Source: Camelus dromedarius
Taxonomy: Eukaryota
DNA: 64,000 nucleotides
NCBI RefSeq assembly: GCF_036321535.1
Contig: NC_087447.1
Coordinates: 33,358,001 to 33,422,000, forward strand
Reading direction: 5' to 3'
The notes under the pieces: model-generated
The model's database searches: none
Told to the model about the DNA's origin: nothing
The model's input: the letters and a program-made list of their open reading frames with translations, nothing else
Translations under genes and position numbers: made by a program
In this document: positions 53,708-64,000 of the stretch, piece by piece
How positions within the stretch are numbered: position 1 is the stretch's first letter
Layout: each line of letters starts with the position of its first letter

Positions 53708-56649
53708 GAGTCTGAGAAAATCATGCAGAATATTAGTTACTACACTAGGGGTACGTAACAGAATTTTAGAAGAGGCTGAGGGAGCACAGTCCTGTATAAA
53801 ATTTTGAAAATGGTTTTTTAGTGATTTTGACATGCTGGATGAAAACTACGATCTAGAGCCAGATCACCTGGTCACTTGACCTCTGAAAAACCGAAGGCTT
53901 TAATATTTTACATAGCTTTCCTAATTTCATAATGCCACAATCTTCGGCTGTAAACTACAGGTATACTAACTCCAAACCAGTGTGGGCCACTACAACATAG
54001 TGTAAGTAAAAATTTTCATCTGAGTTTCACAGTTACAAGGGCTAATAGGATGTTGCTACAATAAAGTCCTGTAATCAAAATGAAGTTCTATCTTAATTGC
54101 CTTAATGGAGCGATACAATTCAACCATCCATAAAGGATTATTTGCATTAGATGCTAACAGTTTGCTAAAACAGTTCATCAGCACCAGGAAACAGAGATCC
54201 TTTTAGGTAACCTAATATTCTCTCCTGCAATCTTATTTACACTATTAATTCGCTAAACAATCCATTTTCCCATCATTAGTGCAACGCTAAATCTCAGCCA
54301 CTCTGAGGATCTAAACAAATCCCTGAGGGGCAGCACCCAAATTAATGAGTTTTTACTATTACCAAGATGAAAAGGAGAAAATGGCCAATTTTTTTCCCTT
54401 TGTTAAAGCCACCTGTTGCCACCTTCTATCTCCTCCTACAACTCAGCTCACCAGGCACTTGAGGAATAAATTTGCACCAGGCAGGTTGTACATTATGGGT
54501 TTTTTGTTTGGGGCACTAATGTTCATTACTTCTGTTGTTCCGAGAACATTTCTCATTTCACAGTAAGAAATATAGGAAGATGCAATAAAAAAAGATTAGA
54601 AAAATTATGCCATTATTACCCTCTTATGTATGGAATAATTTAGATTAGGCAAACCCTTGTAACACTGAGAGCTTCCTGATACAAAGGAAATCAGCTCTGC
54701 CGCCCAGCAAATGCTAATTCTTTTTTAACGCCCTTATTTCCCTGCAGATCTCTGTTTACACTGAAGAAAATGGTTCCATTTTTTTTCTGTATGCTAAAAC
54801 ACTGAAACAAATTGCTTTGAAAGGGAAAGGAAAGGGAGTGGGGAGAGTTCCTGCCAGGCATGTAAATATATGGATGAAGATGTGTTCTGTTTATAAAAAC
54901 TGGCAAGGACCCAAGCTTGGGCAACAGGCTAACAAAAAGTGAGACTTAGGAAAACTGACAAGGAGGGTTTTCAAAATGCAACCAATTACGTATTTCTGCC
55001 CTGAAGACAGTTAATAAAATATTCCAGCCTGCACAAAAGCCAAGAAAGACACTTGTCGACTTCCATTACGATCAATAAAAACTGTCAGCTCATTAGCATA
55101 TCATTAGCCATCCTGCTGCTTCCAAAGTCTTAATGCACAGAAATATTAATCTACAAATGTATAAGATCCCCCAGTTCTGTGACTTTGACTTTCTGCATGA
55201 AAGGAAAAATAAGAATTAGCGATGGGAGGAATCCAAGATAGCTTCTTTCTCTATGTGCCTATAAACATATGTTTACCATCTGTGGGATTATGGGAACCAG
55301 CTGAGGTAAAAACAACAGCTGTAGCATTAAAAAAAGTAATCATTTTCACTTCCCAGTGACAGCTCAGCTGTTAAGGAGACAGTGATGTCCAGGTAAGGGC
55401 AAGGTTTCAGACCCAAATTCGCTAGACAGAGAGAGAGAGATCCACCAAAAGAAAAGCTTTGGGATGAGAATCCTCGCTGAGATCAACCATCTAGAAACTG
55501 TCAGAACACCCAGACCACTGAAGCGCTGCGATTCACTGAGGCTTGTTACTTCACCCTCTGGAACACTGACAGCATAATCAGCTTAGATTGCATCAAAGAG
55601 AAAGTGAGTGGTAGGCAGCCACCTTGATAACGAAAATCTATGACAATTGGGAGATTCAGATAAGCCTATCACCCCTGGCCAACTATTTTCTCAAAGGGGT
55701 GCTGTTTTGATGTGAAGAAATCTCCGGCTTCGGTTCTGTGTCTCTGATAGGGAGTAACTAACGCCAGAGGCATATGTGCCAAGCACCAAGCAAGGGATTC
55801 CATCCTCTGCTCTTTAATCAGCAGCACTTCTATTGCCCTCTCCATAAGGGTGCACCAGGACCCAGAAATCAGGTTTGACAAGTGAGGAACTTCTGCTTTT
55901 ACTTCGCCTATGAAATGACCCACTAATATTTAAAATAGACAACGATGCTATTTTAACCTGAAAACACATCATAAGCATTTTTAGTTCTGGAACTGTAAAG
56001 TAGGTATGGTTCTCAGACCCAGGAGGAAGATTCTAAAAGGTATGTATTAAAAGCCTGAAGATGTGCTGACTCTCTCCTGAGAAGTCCTTGCCCCTTTTAC
56101 AGGGAGATTTTTGCAGCACTGAATTAATCAAGATGATTTCTGTAACGAGACAATGACAAATCTCCCCTACCCCAGGCATTACACCTCACCAAAGGAGGAC
56201 AGAAGCACTGGCTGACATACAGAATTCTAAGGGGGAGATGAGTTTTGAAAGGTGCCCTTCTAGAGGGCTATTGGATGGAGCTAATCCCACTGGGGAACAA
56301 GGAGAATCACAACCCTCCCTGGGGAGACGGACTGTGTGGCACTGCCATCCCTTTTTGGTTCTTCTCACTAGGACCACCTGTTCCTTTGGGCTGGAGCCCT
56401 GGAAAAAGCCGAGTCTGTCTCCTCCATGGGACACGGTATCCTTAAGTGAAATACTCCACCATCTAATACGGTGACTAGTAGTACATGGTAAGCAAGCCCC
56501 TAAAAACATTCATTGAATGAATAAGCAAAAACTCTGAAAAGAAAAAAGTTCTAAGCTTAAATCCCATTTCCATTCGTTACAAATTATTGTGAGACTGGCA
56601 AGCGGCTTCATCTTTCTGAGCTCCATTGCCTGATCTATAGAGATAACAC

Positions 56650-56793
56650 AGGCCTTTACACCTACAAATGCACAATCCACAGGATACATGGAGGGTCAAC
56701 CGTACTACATCATTTTATGTAAGGAACTTGAGCATCCATGGATTTTGGTATCCACAGGGGATCCTGGAAACAGGATACCAAGGGATGACTGTA
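56650..56793. mobile_element. MER2/Tigger3-like MITE fragment inside a MIR
   Basis: acttgagcatccatggatttt...ggataccaagggatgactgta is the reverse complement of the motifs at 48757-48850. Confidence 0.65.
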
Positions 56794-57465
56794 ATAATGA
56801 CCTCGTGAGGATTCTCTGAAGGTCAAATGTAATTAACTGAGATAACATATGTATGGCCAGCTAAGGTCTAGAACACAGAAAACATTCAGTAATTATTGGT
56901 ACTATTTCTCATCCCCACAGCCCACCTCTGTAGCAAAATGATTGCCCAAGTCTATGAACACCCTCTGTGTATTTTGTCTCTATCAGGTAATTGGGCTCTT
57001 AAGCAAGGATTCCGTACATCTACAGAGAATCGCACACTCGTCTAGATGAAATAACAGAACTGTTCTCTCCCTCTTACTCACAAACTCCCAACTCAGAGGT
57101 CCCAAAAAGGTGGAAAAAATGCCTATCATTTCTACAGTAGAGTTAAGCATACAGGGAGCAGTAAAGCAAAAAAAGGGGGAGGGGATGCATGTCGTAAACC
57201 TACTATGTGTCAAGGTCATTTAACATATATTCTTATATAATCTGCACTACCTTGACGAGAGATACCTTTGCCACTTTACAAATAAGGCGGCAGACCCATA
57301 GCTTGTGCATTTTTTACTCATTCACGTTAAGAGGATACCTGTCTGCAACTACTTACTCTTCTAAGCATTTGCTGAATAAAACAGACACAGTTCCGAGCCT
57401 GGTAAAACTTCCAGTCTGGAGAAAGTAACCAGAAGTAAACAAGTAACACTCATGTAAATTATACA

Positions 57466-57609
57466 GAATCAGCTACCTAATTTGCAGTCCTTTGCTCAAA
57501 AATTATTGAAAACAAAAATAGCAACAGTAGAGCATTAAACCAATCATGAGGCCTCTGAGCGCAGCACGCTTGGAAGTGCACAGATCAACTGTCCATGAAA
57601 CCAGTCCTG
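57466..57609 (-). mobile_element. hAT-Tip100 MITE (MER45A-like)
   Basis: gctacctaatttgc...gcaacagtagagcattaaaccaa...ctgagcgcag...ccatgaaaccagtcctg resembles the recalled MER45A reverse complement. Confidence 0.65.
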
Positions 57610-57739
57610 CCTACACTTTCAAACTGTAGTAAGAGTGTTGAGGAAACAAAGAAGTTTCAGTGAGAAAGTATGTGGTAGAATGACTGCCAGTGGATTCCCC
57701 TGCCTGTATCCACTTCCTTCAAACTGTGGCTTCATTCAT

Positions 57740-59760
57740 TTTTCCCTCTGCTCCTCAGGCTGGTTAATTTCAATTATCTTCAAATTCAGTGATTGTTTCT
57801 TCATCCTGTTCAGATCTGCTGGTGAATTCTTCTAGTGAAATTTTCATTTCAGTTGTACTTCTCAGCTGCAAAATATCTCATTGGTTCCTTTTTATTATTT
57901 CTTTTTACTGATACTCTCACTTGTTTATATATAATTTCCCTCACTTTCTTAAACTTTGTCTATCCTTTGCTTTAGCTCTCTGAACACATTTAAGACAGTT
58001 GTTTTAAAGTCTTCATCTATAGAGTCTGTTAGAGCAGGCAGATAGCTAGATATGAGCAGAGAAAGGGGGACACAGACCAAATGGCAGGAATTGGGCAGAA
58101 AGGAGGGGCACAGGTCAAATGCAGGAAACAACACATCATATAAGCACCAGGGATCCTTGGGCAGAGAAAGAAAAGCAGGAACCTTGGGGCTGATAAGGGA
58201 TCATGCTTTTTAGGGTGACGAATGGCCTGGAGAAAACAAAGAAAGGTGAGAAAAGGCAGGAATTTCTAGTGTCCAAGTGTAACCTTTTGCTCATTATGCC
58301 CTCATTTCAATAAAATTAGCCTTGCAGATCAGAAATACCCATCACGCACCAATGCCATGACACTTCCGATCCAGACTAAATAAGGACAAAAATCCCTCCT
58401 CCCTTTGGGAAGGTGGAGTTGGGACGATAATCAGGAAATATGACTCCAAACCCTTCCCTCCCCAATGAATATTCCACCCATTCATTTTTACACCCTATGT
58501 AGCTAACTTGCCAAAGAAACTCGGCAGCCGCTCACCTGAGCCTGCCCGCTCTCCCCTGAGAGTGTACTGTCCATCCTTTAATAAATCCTCACTTTACCTT
58601 TTTTAACCGCTACGTCATGTCTCTGAATTCTTCCTGGGACGGGACAAGAACCTGGAACACCGGTTGCATCTATCAGCAACAAGTCCAGTGTCTGGGCTTC
58701 CACCAGAATCGTTTCTGTCCATTTATTTTGTTTCTTTGAAAGGTAATACCTTTCTTTTTGTTTGTCTGTTTGCCTTGTGACTTTATTAGGACACTGGACA
58801 ATGAAATATTGTAGTGACTCTGAAGGTCAGGAGTCTCTCCCTTGGCAAGGGTTTCCTGTGCTTGTTTTTTGTTTTATTGTTAAATGCTGTAGGAATGCAT
58901 TTGTTTAGTAACTTACTTAACTATTTTTGCAAAGACTGTATTCTTTGTTATGTCTGGTTACTAAAATCTCTGTTCCGGAGCTTGTGTTAAAAAAATTTTT
59001 TAAGATCGAGATTTTTTTGAATGCCAGGAGCTAGGAGAGGGGAAGAGGTGGTGGGAAGCGGGGAGAGCATGCTATATGCCGGAGTCCTCTTTAACACTGA
59101 GCCATGCTTGCACTGACCCTAGGGGTCTGTCCGAAGTCAAAGCTTAGGATAGTCTCACATCTTTTGTGAACACACATCTTGCTCTGGGCATGCATATCAC
59201 TTTCTAAATTCCCCAAATACATGAGTGCTTTTGAATGCCTTAAGCTGCCCAAAAAATCTCTCTCCTCAGCTTTTCCTCCTTGCTCTGGGGTGTCTATTGT
59301 GTGTATGTTAACTGTCATCTTTTGCCCCAGGTTGTTTGGGAGCTTTACAATATTTTCAAGCAATGTCCATTGTTTTCCTGGCCTGGGAGAATTTCAAATT
59401 GGGTGAAACAGAGATAAGCACTTTGCATCAGTCTTTCAGGTGGTCCCAGACAGAACAAACAGATAAAATAATCTGTAGATAGGGTTTGCTCTGCTCCTTC
59501 CAAAACCAGGGACCATTGTCCCGCACTGGGAACATGGGCTGACATCTTCAAGACTGTCACTGAGCTGCAGGTGGTGGGAGGGGTGAGGACAAGTAAAAAT
59601 ACCACAAAGCTTACCTGCTATTCTGGTATTGCCTTTTTCTTGGTTCAGAATTAACGTGGTCACTATAAACCTTGAATGTTTTCCAAAATTCTAAAAAAAG
59701 TTGGTTCTGAGAGTTTGTGCCTATTTTTTGTTGTTTTTGTGGAGGGACAGAAGCTCACAG
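57740..59760 (-). mobile_element. Old L1M 5'/ORF1-region fragment, host of the LTR at 58027-58681
   Basis: ttcttctagtgaaattttcatttcagttg...ttaagacagttgttttaaagtctt, then the LTR, then agtccagtgtctgggcttcc; antisense L1M phrases on both sides. Confidence 0.7.
58027..58681 (+). mobile_element. ERV solo LTR (class I/ERV1-like), 655 bp
   Basis: TGTT...AACA inverted termini; 4-bp TSD AGTC at 58023-58026 and 58682-58685; AATAAA at 58580-58585; interrupts an older antisense L1 fragment. Confidence 0.9.
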
Positions 59761-60399
59761 CTGCCTACTTCACCGCTTGCTGACCTCCAGCTACCTGCGT
59801 TCTAACCAGTCCTCCTGGACACTCAGAGGCACTCTAAAGTTGGAGAGGAACTCATCTAAGAAGAGACTAAAGCGGCAGCTAATTATTAACCGTATCTTGT
59901 GTTTTGTGAGACCTTTGTAGCGCCCAAGGTGAAGCTCTAGCCTAGCCCATCAACACACGTCACCCACATCAGTGCACTCACACTTGAGCCTTCAGGCCTA
60001 CAGATCAAACTCCGAGAGAAAACCATGCAGTTCAGATTCTCAGTAAGGAGGTCTAGGCAGGCCCAGGAATTTGAATTTTGTAGCCTTCCCGCATGATTTT
60101 GATGTCTTTCCAGGGCTAGGAACCAGGTGCTGCCCTTCATTACTGACCCAAGGCCCCCAGGAAAAGCGTAGCTTTACTGGCAGGAAACTACAAAGCGAGA
60201 AAAAGCAGCAAATCAGTCAGTTTGGAACTGAGACACTTGGGCAAGCTTCTAGTGATTTTTGGAAACATGGAAAATCATAGAACAGGAAAAAATCCTATGT
60301 ATGTATATGAATATGGATACGTGCACAGACTCGTATACATACATATACAGGAATTATCACCCAGAAAAATTATGTCATGCTCCTTTATTTTGAGTATTT

Positions 60400-63300
60400 A
60401 TGATGTATGAAAGGTTTGAGAGCAAACTATAGCAAACACCTGTGAATGCAACACCCAGCTTAAGAAATAAAATATTATCACTGAAGCTGAAGTCTTCTGG
60501 GTACCCATACCTAATAAAATCTCCATTTCTTCCTCTTAAAAGTTAAACTAGTCTGAATTTAGTGCTTATCATTCCCGTGCATTTATCTTTTTACATATGT
60601 GAATGTATAAATAAGCAATGCGCTAGATTGTTCCGCATTTTTAAACATATAAATGATTCAATATCACAATTTTCTCCTGTTATTTGCTTTTTCAGTCAAC
60701 ATTATGTTTGCAATTCATCCATTTTTATTCAATTTATATGATTTTAATGTTTACCACAATTTAAACATCCTCCTATTGATAGTTTTTTCCAAAGGTTTTG
60801 AAATTACAAAAAAAAAAAAAGCTCCTGTGACAGTGCATGTGAATGTCTTCAATAGAGAAACATGGAAAGCAGAGTTTCTTCAACATCTACACCTAGAAGC
60901 GGGTTCCTGTATCACAGGGTAGCACATCTTCAACGTCACACAAGATCTCCCTAACTGCTCTCTGTAGTGGTTCTACCATCCCAAGTTTCCACCACAATGA
61001 GAACGTGTCCAGTACCCAGGTCTCCCTCACACTGAATGTTGTCAGTTTCTTTCTTTCTTTTTTTTTTTTTTCTTTTCATTTTTACCAGGCTGTGGGTAAG
61101 AAGCACTATCCCATAATGGTTTGAATCTGCATTTCCAAGATAATTACCGAAATGGAATTCCTTTTAATACATTCATTGGCTATTCATGTTTTCACTTTGG
61201 GGAACTGCCTTTTTGTATCTTTTGCTGAAATTTTTATTGAGTTATGAGAATCTTTTTTTACTGATTTATAGCATTTCTATAATAGATACTATTCCTCTGC
61301 TAACTGATCTTGTTGCCAATATCATCTTTGATGTATAGGTCTTTTTATTCTACATGTTAAATTCACCAATATTTCCCTTAATGGTTCTGTATTTTTTAAT
61401 CTTAAGACAATTTCCTCTCCTTTGAGAACATGAAGACATGCTCCTATATTGTCTTCTAAAACTTATGAAGTTTGGTTTTCACATTTAGGTATTTAAGTGA
61501 ATTGTTATTGTACTGGTTTTTGCATATGATATGTAAATATATGTGGAAAACTTTTCCTGGCACTAGACACAAAAATTATATCAATTTATATATTAAATAT
61601 TTAAATAACTGATTTTCCTAACCTTTTGTTGATGAATACATCCTTTCCCCACTGATCGGGAATGCCACTTCAATTCTGTACCAGGTTTACAAGTTGCCAT
61701 CAGAATGGAATTGTATCTTTCTGGCTTCTCCATTCTGTTCTATTGATACTTGGGACAATTTTTGCACCCATATGACACTATTAGATTTCTCTAACTTTAC
61801 AACAAGCCTTTACATTTGAAAGGGCAAGTCCCTCCCTTTTTCTTCTTCAGAATTGTCTTCCTTATTCTTGGCCTTTGGTCTTTCTTAAGAATTTTAGTAT
61901 CAGCTTGTTGATTCCATCCAAAAAAATACTCCTGCTGGGAATTTATCCTAAGTTCATTGAATCTGGAGATTAAATCTGGGAAGAATGGATTTTACTACTT
62001 TAAATGGATTTTACTACTTATGACTTTACTACTTTAAGCCTTCTTTTCCAAGAACACGGTATATCTCTTTCCATTTATGTGTTTTTAACATAGTTTTAAA
62101 TAGAATTTTATAATTTGCTTCATAACTGTCATGCACATATTTGATTTTATTTGTTCTTAATTACTTATACTCTTTTGCTATTATATACAAGTTATAATAT
62201 TTAAGTGCATTTTTGTTGTTACCATTGCTGCTACTTTTGTTCAGCAAAGCAAATGATTTTATTTTTTGATTTTGTGTTTACCCAAATGAAATGAAAACTT
62301 TGTTCATACAAAAAGAGTGTCCAACAATCTTTCTGAACTCTGGGTAATTCTAATAACTAGTGGACCCAATTTTTGGCAGACAATTATATAATTTGTGAAT
62401 AATTAGCTTTCTTTTTCATAATCCTTAAGGATTTAATTTACTTTGCTGGTAAGAACCTACAGCATAATGTTGAAAACAAACAATGGTAATAAGGATTCCT
62501 GTATGATTTTCTGATTTTAACAGGAATTCTCTTAATACTTAAACCATAAGTGTGAAGTTTATTCATGTTTTCTTTATGTACTTTTTACTCAGCTTAATGA
62601 TACTTCATTCTATTCCTCTTTTGCTAAGAATTTTGTATCACATTTTGTATCACAAGTCAGTATTGAATCTTCTATGGCTCTTTTTTCTGCCTCTTGAGAT
62701 GAACATAGTATTTTTTCTCCTTTGCTTAATGTGTTGAATTATATTAATAAGTTTTTTGATGATAAAAACACACTTACATTGTTGAAACAACCAACTGGGT
62801 GTTCTCTCTCTCACACACACACTCACATTCTGTTAGATTCAGTTCTCTAATATTTTTTTTCACTCTAATCTGTGTTCGAAAGTAAATCAGCTTGTACAAT
62901 TCCTCTCTTATACAGTTCTTGGCTAGTTTAGGAATCAAGGCAGTGCTATCCTCATAAATGAGATGGGTAGTGTTCTCATTTATTCTCTTCTCTAGAAGAC
63001 TTTATACAGGATTGGAATTGTCTCCTTGTATGTAATAGAACTCCCTTGTGTAACTGTCTGAACCCAGTGGTTATTTGGTGGAAAGACATCATAAACTTCA
63101 AAAGTGATCACAGCTCCTTTACAGTTTACTGGGTCCATATCCTGTGCAATGGGAATTTGTAGCATATCCCATCAAAAGGTGGAGTCTATTTCCCACACCC
63201 TTGAATCTGGCCTTGCATTGTAACTTGCTTTGACTAAGGTAATGCAGCAAAAACAACGTGCAAGTTTCAAGCAGAGGCCTCAAAAGGCCATTCCCACTTT

Positions 63301-64000
63301 TGCTCCAGCTCCAGAAACCCTGATCAGCTACCATGTAAACAAGCTTGGGCTTGGGCTAGAATGTTAGAAAATGATAGATCACAGCAAGCAGAGATGAGCC
63401 ATCTTAGCACAGCCAGCCCCCAGAAACCTAGCAGTTGCCCAAAGACGCATGAGTGAACCCACTGAGAACACAAGAACCATTCGGCTAAGCCCCAGCCCAA
63501 ATGGCCAACTCACAAAATTCTGAGCTACAATAAACGGTTGCTGTTTCAAGCCATTAAGCTTTGACTTGATTTGCTGTGCGTCAAAAGCTAACTGATATAA
63601 CAGATAGTGAATCATGAATTCTTTATGATACATTAATTATTTTAAGACTACCTGGGTTTTTCATTTTCTAAGTCCAGTTTGGTAATTTATATAGAAACTG
63701 TTCATTTTTCTCTAGTTTTCTATATTTATTGGCACAAAATTCTTAATAAATTATTAACTACTACTGTTTTAATTTTGGCAGTATCTTTTGTTATGTCCTT
63801 TTATTATTCATACTGGTTCTTATACCTTCTCTCATTTTTTCTTGCTCAAACTTCCAGATGTTCAGTCTAAGTTATTCTTTTCTGCAAAAGTTGCCTTTTT
63901 TCACTGGCTACTTTTAAGATCTTCTGTGTCTTTGAGGTTCTGCTCTTCTGCAAATATTCTACTAATATGTTCTACTCATCTTCATTTTGTGTAACAGATT
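60400..64000 (-). mobile_element. Old L1M (ORF2/3' region), highly decayed, interrupted by MLT1
   Basis: AT-rich tract with antisense ORF2 phrases (ttgaatctgcatttcc...attcattggctattc; aagaattttagtatcagcttgt; cctcataaatgagatgggtagtgttc). Confidence 0.7.
63119..63598 (+). mobile_element. MaLR LTR (MLT1 family) nested in an old L1
   Basis: cccatcaaaaggtggagtctatttcccacacccttgaatctgg...aataaacggttgctgtttcaagccattaag...agctaactgatata. Confidence 0.8.

Noticed and set aside
46299..64000. NELL1 exon 5 or the main promoter/CpG island
   Set aside because: I found no sequence encoding the expected upstream peptide (IYERVIDPP...HGLFK) and no CpG island; these probably lie beyond the window.
1..64000. 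CRISPR arrays, tRNA/rRNA/snoRNA/miRNA genes, or prokaryotic/viral coding inserts
   Set aside because: I saw no regularly spaced repeats, structured-RNA signatures or gene-dense compositional shift. A small ncRNA cannot be excluded without Infernal/Rfam.

Overview
Mammalian (non-primate, probably cetartiodactyl) genomic DNA from the middle of the NELL1 gene (neural EGFL-like 1), transcribed on the minus strand. Seven coding exons are present, equivalent to human exons 6-12 and about aa 202-434: 46298-46226, 45580-45498, 37693-37559, 36693-36591, 28267-28194, 21438-21339 and 7666-7538. All have GT-AG boundaries and splice into one stop-free frame (end of the LamG/TSPN domain, coiled coil, two VWC domains, first EGF repeat). 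The rest is intron, rich in transposon relics. These include a 2.9-kb 5'-truncated L1 with an exact 16-bp target-site duplication, shorter L1 3' ends, a well-preserved ERV solo LTR, older LTRs, L2/MIR/HAL1 fossils and hAT/Tigger MITEs, several of them nested. The L1 3' UTR type, with no pig, ruminant or whale SINEs seen, suggests a camelid (inference). I found no convincing undescribed biological system. The best leads concern NELL1 splicing and regulation: a G-quadruplex overlapping the exon 11 donor, non-YAG acceptors on exons 6 and 7, a strong-Kozak internal Met241, and a CRE/YY1 motif cluster. Repeat family names are from recalled consensus sequences, not a database search, and old-repeat boundaries are approximate.
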